A stretch of 64,000 nucleotides of DNA from positions 49,748-113,747 of the forward strand of contig CACFLO010000001.1 in assembly GCA_902567135.1 (NCBI GenBank). Direction: 5' to 3'. The position numbers were made by a program, and so were the translations under genes. Source of the DNA: an uncultured Alphaproteobacteria bacterium. GTDB lineage: Bacteria > Pseudomonadota > Alphaproteobacteria > HIMB59 > GCA-002718135. The notes under the pieces are model-generated. The model made no database searches and had not been told where the DNA came from. It saw only the letters and a list, made by a program, of their open reading frames with translations. Of the stretch, positions 8,621-18,022 are shown piece by piece (within the stretch, counting starts at the first letter, position 1; every line of letters starts with the position of its first letter).

Positions 8621-8813
8621 TATTTAGTTCCTTTTTAACCTGTAAATATTGAAATCTGTAATTATCGAAGTAGTTTATAAGATCGAAAAATCCAGTATTC
8701 AAGAACAATTATAAAAAAACTATATATCCCAATATGTTAGTATAAGAATTAAATACAACTACTATATGTAGATAATAAAACTGTTTTTTTTATCTACAAA
8801 AACGAATCGGAAT

Positions 8814-8993
8814 TTATAAAATTAAAATTAATAGAATAATCAAGAAAAAAGCTGAATATGAGCAAATTACAATTTTTCTGGATAGCCTAGAATTCTGAGG
8901 TTTCCTAAAATAAATAAATAAAATTATTATAGACCAAAAAAAAAATAAAATTAACCAGCCAAAAATTAAAGCAATATAAAAATCATTATACAT
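8814..8993 (-). CDS. Possible small two-TM membrane protein (59 aa, below the ORF-track cut-off)
   Basis: Own translation: MYNDFYIALIFGWLILFFFWSIIILFIYFRKPQNSRLSRKIVICSYSAFFLIILLILIL*. Two hydrophobic helices joined by a basic loop. It starts 11 nt after the msrA stop. No clear SD, and codon-bias evidence is unavailable. Confidence 0.3.
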   Translation of the reverse strand: MYNDFYIALIFGWLILFFFWSIIILFIYFRKPQNSRLSRKIVICSYSAFFLIILLILIL

Positions 8994-9004
8994 TTGAAAT
9001 TTTT

Positions 9005-9463
9005 TTATTCAGATAGCGCTCTTTTTTGAATATATTTTTGGTGATACTCTTCAGCTTTATAAAAAGTATCAGCTTTAGTAATTGCAGTTACTATCATATT
9101 GTTGAAGGAAGTTTGATGCTTTGATTTAGATGTTTCTGCAACTTTTTTTTGAAATTCATCGAAATAATAAATGACTGAACGGTATTGACGTCCAATATCT
9201 GGACCCTGCCTATCAATAGTAGTTGGATCATGACACTTCCAAAATTCATCTACTAATGTTGAGTATGAAATAATTGCATCATCAAAATCAAGTTGCAAAA
9301 CCTCAGCATGATCTGTATTTTGATAACATACACTCTCATAAGTTGGGTTTTTTGTATTACCTCCTGAATACCCTACTTCAGTTTTAATAATACCAGACAT
9401 TTCTCTAAAATGTTCTTCTACACCCCAAAAACAACCTGCTCCAAATAATGCTTTTTGAATCAT
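9005..9463 (-). CDS. msrA: Peptide-methionine (S)-S-oxide reductase
   Basis: 152 aa with the active-site motif GAGCFWGVE and a conserved HDPT...GPDIGRQYRS block. Confidence 0.9.
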   Translation of the reverse strand: MIQKALFGAGCFWGVEEHFREMSGIIKTEVGYSGGNTKNPTYESVCYQNTDHAEVLQLDFDDAIISYSTLVDEFWKCHDPTTIDRQGPDIGRQYRSVIYYFDEFQKKVAETSKSKHQTSFNNMIVTAITKADTFYKAEEYHQKYIQKRALSE

Positions 9464-9501
9464 ATATTAAATATATACACTAAATTTATTAATTCAAATT
9501 T

Positions 9502-10083
9502 ATGACATTAAAATATCAAATAATTAATAAAAAAGATCTTTACTCAGGTTTCTTTAAATTGAAAAAATTAGAATTTATTCATCAAAAACACGATGGAAGC
9601 TGGACTGATAAAGTAGATCGAGAAATTTTTAGTGGGGCTCATGTATCTACTTTAATACCATATGATCCTGTAAGAAAAGAAATTGTGTTAATTCAACAAT
9701 TCAGAGCAGGAGTGATATCAAGATATGATGATGACTATCTTTACGAAATTGTAGCAGGTATTATAGATAAAAATGAGTCGCCTGAAGAAACTGCTATAAG
9801 AGAATGTGATGAGGAAACTGGTTGTAAAGTAAATAAGATTACACCTATTCAGGGCTATTTTCCATCTCCTGGGGCATCAGAATCCTATTATCATTTGTTT
9901 TTAGGTGAAGTAAATTCATTTGAAGGTGAAAGAATAATGGGGCTTAAAAGTGAAAATGAAAATATATTAGTTAAATCTTATAAAGTTGAACAAGTAAAAA
10001 ATATGTTGAAGAATAAAGAAATTAAAAATGGTTTAACGCTTATAGCACTTCAATGGTTCTTTTTAGAGTATTATAAAAACTAA
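9502..10083 (+). CDS. ADP-ribose pyrophosphatase-type Nudix hydrolase
   Basis: Nudix box GIIDKNESPEETAIRECDEETG. The N-terminal region (YSGFFKL..REIFSGAHVSTLIPYDPVRKEIVLIQQFRAG) resembles NudF. Confidence 0.75.
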   Translation: MTLKYQIINKKDLYSGFFKLKKLEFIHQKHDGSWTDKVDREIFSGAHVSTLIPYDPVRKEIVLIQQFRAGVISRYDDDYLYEIVAGIIDKNESPEETAIRECDEETGCKVNKITPIQGYFPSPGASESYYHLFLGEVNSFEGERIMGLKSENENILVKSYKVEQVKNMLKNKEIKNGLTLIALQWFFLEYYKN

Positions 10084-10418
10084 GTGCCTAAACCTCTTTC
10101 ATAGGGTTGAACTAATTCTTTACAAATTAGCATCATATCAAGAGTCTCGATTTTTTTATCAATTGTTTGGTATTCTTGACATTCATAAATTTCATCATCT
10201 TTTTGCAAAACAGTAACAAATAGAAGTATATATAAACCATTGACTGTCTCAATATTGTTTATAGCATAACTTTTTACTTCAAAACCTTCATTAATTAGAT
10301 CTTTATAAGTTTTTTCAGACTCTTGCCATTGATCTATATTAGGATTGGCGTACGATATAGACGTAAAAAATAAAAATACGATACAAGTAAAAAACAATTT
10401 TAATTTTCTTTTAACCAT
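10080..10418 (-). CDS. Hypothetical exported protein
   Basis: 112 aa with a signal-peptide-like N-terminus (KLKLFFTCIVFLFFTSISYA/N). No recognisable motif. Overlaps neighbours at both ends. Confidence 0.45.
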   Translation of the reverse strand: MVKRKLKLFFTCIVFLFFTSISYANPNIDQWQESEKTYKDLINEGFEVKSYAINNIETVNGLYILLFVTVLQKDDEIYECQEYQTIDKKIETLDMMLICKELVQPYERGLGT

Positions 10419-10945
10419 TTTAAAACACCATCTATATGTTTATCTATTGGATATATAGGATAAAAAACTTTTTTAACAATTTTTTTTTCAACAATTAAAG
10501 TTAAGCGTTTTAAGTAGATTTTATCCTCAACTAAAAATGTTGGGAGGTTCAAAGCGTTCTTGAGTTCTAATTTTTCATCACTTAATACGTCAAATGGCAC
10601 ACTAAGACGATTAGTCATTTCTTTATTGTAATTAACGCTTTGAGTTGAAATTCCAATAGGGACTGCATTTAAACCAATAAGATCATCATAATTATCTCTA
10701 AATTTACATGTTTGTAATGTGCAGCCATTTGCTCCAGGAATTTTATTCCAATTTTCAGGAAGTGGCATGTCTGGTCTTCCGGTCATAGGAAAAAAGTAGA
10801 GTATCATTCTAAAAGTATCTGAGCGATCAAGTCGCAAATAATTTCCTTCTTGATTTGGCAATGAAATGCTAGGGATATTTAAATTTTTTAGATGATTTGC
10901 TGCATCATCATCTACTGGTATAGGAAATTTTTGACTTACACTCAT
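10400..10945 (-). CDS. AhpC/TSA (BCP-like) thioredoxin-fold peroxiredoxin with an insertion before the active site
   Basis: YFFPMTG...GCTLQTCKFRD parallels the BCP motif YFYP..TPGCT.E.C.FRD. The downstream VPFDVLSD matches LPF.LLSD. Confidence 0.6.
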   Translation of the reverse strand: MSVSQKFPIPVDDDAANHLKNLNIPSISLPNQEGNYLRLDRSDTFRMILYFFPMTGRPDMPLPENWNKIPGANGCTLQTCKFRDNYDDLIGLNAVPIGISTQSVNYNKEMTNRLSVPFDVLSDEKLELKNALNLPTFLVEDKIYLKRLTLIVEKKIVKKVFYPIYPIDKHIDGVLKWLKEN

Positions 10946-10989
10946 TATTGTATTGTAATAATAGCCTCTTTATATCATAACAACTTATT

Positions 10990-11928
10990 ATGACTCAAAT
11001 AAAACCAACAGCGGGTCAAACAACCCCTCGCTTTGCAGATATCGCAACTTTTTTCCGTTTACCTATAGTTAAGGACTTAAATAAATTAGACTATTGTATT
11101 TGTGGAATACCATGGGATGGAGGAACAACTAATAGGCCTGGCGCAAGACATGGGCCAAGAGAAATTAGAAATGCTTCTTCACTTATCAGAACATATCACC
11201 CATCATCATTAAAAAGCCCATACGATAATTATCAAATTGCAGACATCGGTGATTGCCCAGTGAATCCTGCAGATCTACAAGACTCACTTAATAAAATAAC
11301 TAGTTTTTATAACAAAATTGCTGAAACAAAAACAATACCACTTTCTATAGGAGGTGATCATCTTATTTCTCTTCCAATATTAAGAGCATTAGCAAAAAAT
11401 AAACCTGTGGGAATGTTTCAATTCGATTCTCATTCAGATACATGGGATACATACTTTGGCGGATTTAAATATACTCACGGAACTCCATTTAGAAGAGCTA
11501 TTGAAGAAAATCTTATTGATCCTAAAAAATATGTCATTCTCGGTTTGCGAGGTGGTCTTTATGACCCTGATGACTTAACTTGGGCAATAGATCAAGGAGT
11601 CACAATAATATCAACTGATAAATTTTATGAAATCGGTTTTAAAGAAACAATTAAAATAATAAAAGATATATTAGCAGATACTCCAACTTACTTCACCTTT
11701 GATATTGATGGAATTGATCCAACATTTGCTCCTGGAACAGGAACTCCTGAAGTTGGAGGGATTAATGTTAGAGAATCTCAATTAATTATAAGAGAATTAA
11801 GGGATTTGCATTTTATTGGAGCAGATGTTGTTGAAGTATCTCCTCCATTTGATCTTAACAATATGACTTCATTAGTTGGTGCAACAATAGCTTTTGAAAT
11901 ACTGTGCACTATGACAAAAACAAATTAG
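10990..11928 (+). CDS. Ureohydrolase (agmatinase / guanidino-acid hydrolase family)
   Basis: Arginase-fold Mn ligand motifs SIGGDHLIS, FDSHSDT and FTFDIDGIDP. Substrate cannot be assigned from sequence. Confidence 0.75.
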   Translation: MTQIKPTAGQTTPRFADIATFFRLPIVKDLNKLDYCICGIPWDGGTTNRPGARHGPREIRNASSLIRTYHPSSLKSPYDNYQIADIGDCPVNPADLQDSLNKITSFYNKIAETKTIPLSIGGDHLISLPILRALAKNKPVGMFQFDSHSDTWDTYFGGFKYTHGTPFRRAIEENLIDPKKYVILGLRGGLYDPDDLTWAIDQGVTIISTDKFYEIGFKETIKIIKDILADTPTYFTFDIDGIDPTFAPGTGTPEVGGINVRESQLIIRELRDLHFIGADVVEVSPPFDLNNMTSLVGATIAFEILCTMTKTN

Positions 11929-11939
11929 TATTATTCAAA

Positions 11940-12950
11940 CTAGCTCTTGGGTAAGGCACATCTTTCATCAATAATTTTTGCATTTTTTAATTCTTTCCAT
12001 AGGTCATTTGGAATTTTTATATTCAAATTAGATATATTATTATTAATTTGATCTTCTCTATCCATACCTATTACAAGAGAAGCGACCTGTTTATTAGCAT
12101 AACAAAACTGCAATGCTGCAGCTGGTACTGAAACATTATACCTATTACAAATGCTTAATATTTCATTATATTTTATCTTTATATTCTCTGGAATTTTATC
12201 ATAAAAATAAGTTATATTATCTCCAATACCCTTTGCAAGAATGCCAGAATTAAAAACCCCTCCAAGAATTATACCAATATTTTTTTCTTCAGCAATGGGT
12301 AGGCAGTCATCAAGCGCGCTTTGATCTAATAACGTATATCTACCTGCTAACAATATGCAGTCGAAATCACCTTCTTCTGCAAATCTTCTGCATATATCGG
12401 AATTATTTACACCTACACCAATTGCCTTAATAACTTTTTCTTCTTTTAATTTAGATATTGCCTTGTAAGCTCCTTTCATTGCAATTTTAAAATAATGATC
12501 TACTTGCTCTCCATACGTATAAGTATCAACGTCATGAATTAAACAGATATCAATTTTTGATGTATTCAATCTATGTAAAGATTGCTCAAAAGATTTCATT
12601 ACACCATCATATGAATAGTCTACATTTGGAATGAAGTTTAATCCACCTGCCCATTTTCCTCTATTTATTTTTTCTTCTTTTTGTGGTGTTAAGTATCTTC
12701 CAACTTTTGTAGATAAATAATAACTATCTAAATTTAATGTTTTTAGAAAACTCCCTAATCGATGTTCACTTAGTCCATTTCCATAATAAGGGGAAGTATC
12801 ATACAGATTTATATTAGAGTCATTGCAACGCGCTAGAGTTTTATAACAAGTTGCATCATCTAACTTTTCAAACAAATTTCCAATAGGTGCGCCACCAAAG
12901 CCCATTGATGATAAATATATATCAGTATTACCCAATTTTCTTTTTTGCAT
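11940..12950 (-). CDS. Aldo/keto reductase
   Basis: 336 aa. AKR pattern: GFGGAPIGN, DTSPYYGNG.SE..LG, STKVGR, and a LIHD tetrad context. Confidence 0.8.
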   Translation of the reverse strand: MQKRKLGNTDIYLSSMGFGGAPIGNLFEKLDDATCYKTLARCNDSNINLYDTSPYYGNGLSEHRLGSFLKTLNLDSYYLSTKVGRYLTPQKEEKINRGKWAGGLNFIPNVDYSYDGVMKSFEQSLHRLNTSKIDICLIHDVDTYTYGEQVDHYFKIAMKGAYKAISKLKEEKVIKAIGVGVNNSDICRRFAEEGDFDCILLAGRYTLLDQSALDDCLPIAEEKNIGIILGGVFNSGILAKGIGDNITYFYDKIPENIKIKYNEILSICNRYNVSVPAAALQFCYANKQVASLVIGMDREDQINNNISNLNIKIPNDLWKELKNAKIIDERCALPKS

Positions 12951-12978
12951 AATTGAATAATATTTTATACAGCAAAAA

Positions 12979-13548
12979 TTAGAGGTACGAAACTAAACCT
13001 ATTTCTTTTCTAAATCGATCTCTTATTGTAACAGCATTAAGAGGTATTGGTTTTATTGGCACATTTCCTGACTTAATTTTTGATATAATAACATAAGAAT
13101 TATTTTTATCAGCCAGAGCTTTTTGTAAATTTTCATTTGTTTCTTCACCTGAGCATTCAATTACATTTTTGCAACCAGATCCAATAGCAACATTCTTTAA
13201 AGATGTACTTTCATTGGTAAAAGTTTTTTGATCACCTGTTGATCCGTATGAGCCATTATCAACAATAAGAAGTGTATAATTAGATGGAGCTCTATTACCA
13301 ATTGTTGCAAGGGTGTTCATATTCATTAAAACTGATCCATCACCATCAATACTTATAACATTTTTATCAATGGATAATGATAAGCCTAAACCAATTGATG
13401 ATGCTAACCCCATACTACCCAACATATAAAAGTAATTTGGACGGTCATTAATTTTATATAATTCTTGTGAAGGCAAACCAATGTTGCAGATCACAAGTTC
13501 ATTTTCAATTGTTTGTTGCAAAAGATTTAATAATTCAAATCTATTCAT
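12979..13548 (-). CDS. comE: TPP-dependent decarboxylase beta subunit, sulfopyruvate decarboxylase (ComE)-like
   Basis: 189 aa with the TPP-binding motif IDGDGSVLMNMNTLATIGN...LLIVDNGSYGSTG. The split alpha/beta sizes (165 + 189 aa) fit ComD/ComE. A phosphonopyruvate decarboxylase alternative is not excluded. Confidence 0.6.
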   Translation of the reverse strand: MNRFELLNLLQQTIENELVICNIGLPSQELYKINDRPNYFYMLGSMGLASSIGLGLSLSIDKNVISIDGDGSVLMNMNTLATIGNRAPSNYTLLIVDNGSYGSTGDQKTFTNESTSLKNVAIGSGCKNVIECSGEETNENLQKALADKNNSYVIISKIKSGNVPIKPIPLNAVTIRDRFRKEIGLVSYL

Positions 13549-14046
13549 TTAATCATCCTCCATTAAATTAAAATTAAAAAGCACAGCTACAGGACTTTCA
13601 ATTACTTTGGCATGATTAGTAAAAGTTGAAATTTTATCTAAATCTTCTTCAATATTACAATGAAGCATTGGTATTCGAAGTGTGTTAAGAATATCTTCTG
13701 TGACACTTCCCATGCCGCCCTGAGCTCCCACAGGTTCCCCAGGAGTTCCTCGGTAGCTTATTAAGAAAACTACAGGTATTTGATATAATTGAAGAAGAGA
13801 AACTATAGAGTTTACTGAATTGCCAATACCAGTATTCTGCATCATAATACAAGGAAGTTTATTGCCAAGATAAGCTCCAGCGCAAATTCCCATTCCCTCT
13901 TCTTCTCTAGGAATAGCTGAATAATAAATTTCTTTATCATTCTCTAATATAGTGATCATATTAGCTAATAGTTTACATGGAACACTAAGAAAAAAATCAG
14001 CGCCGCCTGATTTTAAATTTGTTATAATCTTTTGGCTAATTTTCAT
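13549..14046 (-). CDS. comD: TPP-dependent decarboxylase alpha subunit, sulfopyruvate decarboxylase (ComD)-like
   Basis: 165 aa pyrimidine-binding domain with the catalytic Glu region PREEEGMGICAGAYLG. Directly abuts the beta subunit gene with no gap. Confidence 0.6.
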   Translation of the reverse strand: MKISQKIITNLKSGGADFFLSVPCKLLANMITILENDKEIYYSAIPREEEGMGICAGAYLGNKLPCIMMQNTGIGNSVNSIVSLLQLYQIPVVFLISYRGTPGEPVGAQGGMGSVTEDILNTLRIPMLHCNIEEDLDKISTFTNHAKVIESPVAVLFNFNLMEDD

Positions 14047-14095
14047 CGTTTTAATTTAATACTAAAATAAAATTATAAAACAAGATTTTGTTTTA

Positions 14096-15145
14096 TTAAA
14101 AATTGTTACGTAATTTAATCTTTATTTTAGATATATAATTGTTATTTTTTCTCAATATTGGAGAAGGAAAATTAGGATGATTAACCGCATCAGGATAATG
14201 TTGAGGCTCTAAACACATGCCATATTGAGGGCCGTATGACTTATTATACTTGCCAATATATTTATCCAACATCATATTGCCTGTATAAAACTGAATACCA
14301 TGTTGATTAGTAAAATATTCAACTCCCATTCCAGTTTTTTTACTATAAATCTTAGCGGCTGACTCTCTCATGGACTGATCTTTTAAAACATAGTTATGAT
14401 CAATTCCTCCAGAATTAAGAAATTCTTTACTTATTAAAAATTTATTCTTTAAATTAAATTTTGTATCTTCAATATTTATAATTTTACCAGTAGGGATAGA
14501 TTGTTCATCAGTCTCACATATCGAATTAGAATTAATATGTACAACATGATCTTCATTGTTTTGATAATGATCTCCGTGACCATGAAAATTCCAATAATTA
14601 TGGTTTGTAAGATTAACTAAAGTATCTTGATCTGAAATGGCTTGAAAATTTATCAAAATTTCGTTGTTATTATTTAATTCATAAATAACTTTACAATCTA
14701 GATTGCCTGGATAGTTTTCTTCCATATCGGGTGAAAGATAACTCATCACACATTTGATAGAATTTGATTTTTCCTCAATATTATCTATTTTCCATATTTT
14801 TTTATTAAAACCAACTTTACCTCCATGGAGATGATTTGGTGGAGTGTTCGGATATAATTGATAATAATTTTTATCTAAAGAGAACTTTGCAGATCCTATT
14901 CTATTTGCTACTCTTCCAATAATAGAATTAAAATAACCGTTTGACTCCAAAACGCCTTCGATATTACCATAGCCTAAAAGAACATCCTCAGTTTTATCTT
15001 CTTGATTCATCATAGGTATATTAACCTCATGAATGTATCCACCATAGGTATAAAATTTAAAGCTAAAATTATTATCGTTATGCACTTCAACTGACTCTAT
15101 ATTTAATTGAGATGGGTTATCTATTTTTTCTACTTTAACTTTCAT
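14096..15145 (-). CDS. Aldose 1-epimerase (mutarotase) family
   Basis: 349 aa with GRVANRI, NHLHGG..GF and LTNHNYWN, typical of GalM-type mutarotases. Confidence 0.75.
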   Translation of the reverse strand: MKVKVEKIDNPSQLNIESVEVHNDNNFSFKFYTYGGYIHEVNIPMMNQEDKTEDVLLGYGNIEGVLESNGYFNSIIGRVANRIGSAKFSLDKNYYQLYPNTPPNHLHGGKVGFNKKIWKIDNIEEKSNSIKCVMSYLSPDMEENYPGNLDCKVIYELNNNNEILINFQAISDQDTLVNLTNHNYWNFHGHGDHYQNNEDHVVHINSNSICETDEQSIPTGKIINIEDTKFNLKNKFLISKEFLNSGGIDHNYVLKDQSMRESAAKIYSKKTGMGVEYFTNQHGIQFYTGNMMLDKYIGKYNKSYGPQYGMCLEPQHYPDAVNHPNFPSPILRKNNNYISKIKIKLRNNF

Positions 15146-16050
15146 TACACTTTTCTATCTCTTGTTTTTGATAAATTATTTTGACGTAAATATATAATTA
15201 TACCTCCAGCAACTATAAATAAAGCACCTGGAAATAATTGATCTACTGGCCACTCTTTAAAGAAAATCCAACCCAAAATTAAAGCAAAAAATATTTCAAT
15301 ATAATCAAAGGGCATAATTTTACTAAGTTCTGCTTTTCTAGAACCATAAATTAATAATAAAACACCTGTTCCACCTGTAAAACCCATTAAAAACAATATA
15401 AACAAATCATATAAACTTTTGAAATTTTCCCACATATTAAATGTAATAACCAAAAGGATTGCACAGATTAAAGTGCCAATATTGGCGTAAAGATTTATTA
15501 ATGGCACGGGGGTATCATTTGAAAAATTTAAGGCTGTTATTCTTGCAAGAGAATAACCAAAAGCAGCCATTACAGGAAGTAACATATAAAAATTAAAGCT
15601 TTCAGACCAAGGTCGCATAATGAATATTATACCCACAAAACCTGTTAATACGGCTAATGTTTTATACCATCCAAATTTTTCACCAAGTAGTGGTATTGCT
15701 AATAATGTAACCATCATTGGTCCTGTGTACTCCATTGTTGCAACTAAAGCATAAGGTAAATAAAGATACGAGGTATATAAACATAGTTGAGCAAAAGACA
15801 TAATTAGGCCCCTTGCTAAACCAAAACGCCATCTTTTTATCACTAATTTTTTTCCACTAGCATGCCAGTCTTGTGAAAAATACAATGCAATAAAACAAGG
15901 TATCATTCCAAACAGATTTCTAAATACTGATAATTGAGCAGCTGGATAATCGTCTCTGAGGTATTTTATTGCAATACCCATACAGTCTAATAAAAATAAT
16001 CCAGATAAGGAAAGCGCAACTGCTATAAATAAATTACTTTTCACCCACAA
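15145..16050 (-). CDS. EamA/DMT-family permease
   Basis: 301 aa, about 10 TM segments. Stop/start overlaps with both neighbours. Confidence 0.7.
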   Translation of the reverse strand: MWVKSNLFIAVALSLSGLFLLDCMGIAIKYLRDDYPAAQLSVFRNLFGMIPCFIALYFSQDWHASGKKLVIKRWRFGLARGLIMSFAQLCLYTSYLYLPYALVATMEYTGPMMVTLLAIPLLGEKFGWYKTLAVLTGFVGIIFIMRPWSESFNFYMLLPVMAAFGYSLARITALNFSNDTPVPLINLYANIGTLICAILLVITFNMWENFKSLYDLFILFLMGFTGGTGVLLLIYGSRKAELSKIMPFDYIEIFFALILGWIFFKEWPVDQLFPGALFIVAGGIIIYLRQNNLSKTRDRKV

Positions 16051-17045
16051 CTAACGCCACATCGATCTACCCAATGATCTGGCTCAACTTCTTCTAATCC
16101 CATCTCAATATTTCCTTCCTTGCCATCTGGTGAAGCGTGAGGGCATCTTGTTCTAAAAACACATCCGGAAGGTGGGTTCATTGCACTAGGTATCTCTCCT
16201 TCAAGCTCAATAGCTTTTGATTTATTTTCAGGATCAATAGACGGAATAGAAGATAGTAATGCTTTTGTATAAGGATGTCTTGGATTTCTAAACAACTCTC
16301 TTGAAGGAGCCATCTCAACAATGTGACCAAGATACATTACAGCAACAATATCACAAACGTGAGCTACAACACTTAAATCATGGCTTATAAATAAATATGT
16401 TAAATTTAACTCATTTTGAAGTTGCTTTAAAAGATTTAATATATCAGCTTGAATTGAGACATCTAATGCAGCAACACTTTCATCCGCTACAATAAATTTT
16501 GGATTACTAACTAGTGCTCTTGCAATTGAAATACGTTGACGCTGACCCCCAGAAAAAGCATGTGGAAATCTTCTTAAGTGTTCAAGATTTAATCTACATT
16601 TGGCTGCAATATCTCGAACTCTCTCATCAGTTTCTTCTCTAGAATTTGTTATCTTCATAACTTCTAAAGGTTCTGCAATTATATCTCTAACAGTCATTCG
16701 AGGACTAAGTGCAGCGTATGGGTCTTGAAAGATAAGTTGTGCTTTTTTTCTATATTCTTTCATTTCCTTTGAATTAATGGTTGTTAAATCAAAATCTCTG
16801 TCATCATCATGAAAAATTACATTTCCAGTACTTATTTTATTTGCACCTAATATTGCTCTTCCAAGTGTAGTTTTTCCAGATCCAGATTCTCCAACAAGAC
16901 CAAAGAAAGATCCTTTTTTAATCTTAATGTTAATATTATTAACAGCTTTTATTTTTTGCTTCTTTGAAAGAAAATTCTCTTGGTAATCAAAAGATACCGA
17001 AAGATTGTTTACTGATACAATATTTTCACTCATGTTTTTCCACAA
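16041..17045 (-). CDS. Peptide/opine-type ABC transporter ATP-binding protein (OppF/DppF-like)
   Basis: Walker A GESGSGKT, signature FSGGQRQR, Walker B FIVADESVAALD. An ATG at 17033 forms an ATGA overlap with the upstream stop and is the likelier start. Cys-rich C-terminal tail. Confidence 0.85.
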   Translation of the reverse strand: MWKNMSENIVSVNNLSVSFDYQENFLSKKQKIKAVNNINIKIKKGSFFGLVGESGSGKTTLGRAILGANKISTGNVIFHDDDRDFDLTTINSKEMKEYRKKAQLIFQDPYAALSPRMTVRDIIAEPLEVMKITNSREETDERVRDIAAKCRLNLEHLRRFPHAFSGGQRQRISIARALVSNPKFIVADESVAALDVSIQADILNLLKQLQNELNLTYLFISHDLSVVAHVCDIVAVMYLGHIVEMAPSRELFRNPRHPYTKALLSSIPSIDPENKSKAIELEGEIPSAMNPPSGCVFRTRCPHASPDGKEGNIEMGLEEVEPDHWVDRCGVSCG

Positions 17046-18016
17046 TCAACACCACATTTATCTAACCAGTGACCTGGTTTAATCTCTACTAAACCCATCT
17101 CAATATTTTCTTCCTTACCTTCCTTTGATGCATGGGGACATCTTGTTCTAAAAACACATCCACTAGGTCTATCTAAAGGACTTGGAATATTGCCTGGAAT
17201 TGGGGTAAGTGCTGCATCTAAATTATTTATATCAGGAAGAGCATTTATTAACCCTTTTGTATAGGGATGCATTGGATTTTTTAAAATTTCATTTACCGGT
17301 CCTTGCTCTACAACACTGCCAAGATACATAACTGCAACATCATCTGCTACTTGAGCAATAACACCAAGATCATGAGTGATAAATATTACACCCATATTGT
17401 ATTCTTTAATAATATCTTTCATTAAATTTATTACCTGTGCTTGAATAGTTACATCTAACGCTGTTGTAGGCTCATCAGCTAACAATAGTTTAGGCATTGT
17501 TGATAAAGCCATAGCAATCATTGCGCGTTGCCTCATTCCTCCAGAGAGCTCAAAAGCATATTGATTAAATCGCTTTTCAGCATCTGCTATCCCTACCCTA
17601 TTTAACATATCTATTGATATATTTTTTGCTTCCTTTTTATCCATTGGTTTATGAATCATAAGTTGCTCAACCATTTGGTAACCAATTTTAATTGCTGGGG
17701 CAAAACTAGCCATTGGTTCTTGAAAAATCATTGAAACTTTTCCACCTCTAATTTTTTTTAAATCATTTTTTGATGTAAATTTTAAAACATTTTCGTCATC
17801 AATTATTATTTCTGCATTATCATTATATATTGTATTTCCTGGATTGAGTTGCATGATAGATTTTGCTGTAACGGATTTACCAGATCCTGACTCACCAACA
17901 ATACCTAAAACCTTTCCTTGATCCAATGTTAAAGAAACATTATCAATTGCTGTTATTCGACCTTCATCAGTATCAAACTTTACATCAAGATTATTTATTT
18001 CTAAAAGATGAGTCAT
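17030..18016 (-). CDS. Peptide/opine-type ABC transporter ATP-binding protein (OppD/DppD-like)
   Basis: Walker A GESGSGKS, signature LSGGMRQR, Walker B LLLADEPTTALD. The C-terminal tail is nearly identical to that of the next ATPase. Confidence 0.85.
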   Translation of the reverse strand: MTHLLEINNLDVKFDTDEGRITAIDNVSLTLDQGKVLGIVGESGSGKSVTAKSIMQLNPGNTIYNDNAEIIIDDENVLKFTSKNDLKKIRGGKVSMIFQEPMASFAPAIKIGYQMVEQLMIHKPMDKKEAKNISIDMLNRVGIADAEKRFNQYAFELSGGMRQRAMIAMALSTMPKLLLADEPTTALDVTIQAQVINLMKDIIKEYNMGVIFITHDLGVIAQVADDVAVMYLGSVVEQGPVNEILKNPMHPYTKGLINALPDINNLDAALTPIPGNIPSPLDRPSGCVFRTRCPHASKEGKEENIEMGLVEIKPGHWLDKCGVDCGKT

Positions 18017-18022
18017 AGAATA

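Noticed and set aside
7530-8638. ORFs 7530-7718 (-, alternative frame inside cfa) and 8420-8638 (+, antisense to the GcrA-like gene)
   Set aside because: They are nested in better-supported genes, and their translations are low-complexity.
12979-14046. Alternative call as phosphonopyruvate decarboxylase (phosphonate biosynthesis)
   Set aside because: No PEP mutase or AEP transaminase is adjacent. The split 165 + 189 aa architecture and the presence of xsc favour sulfopyruvate decarboxylase. The alternative is not fully excluded, hence the moderate confidence.
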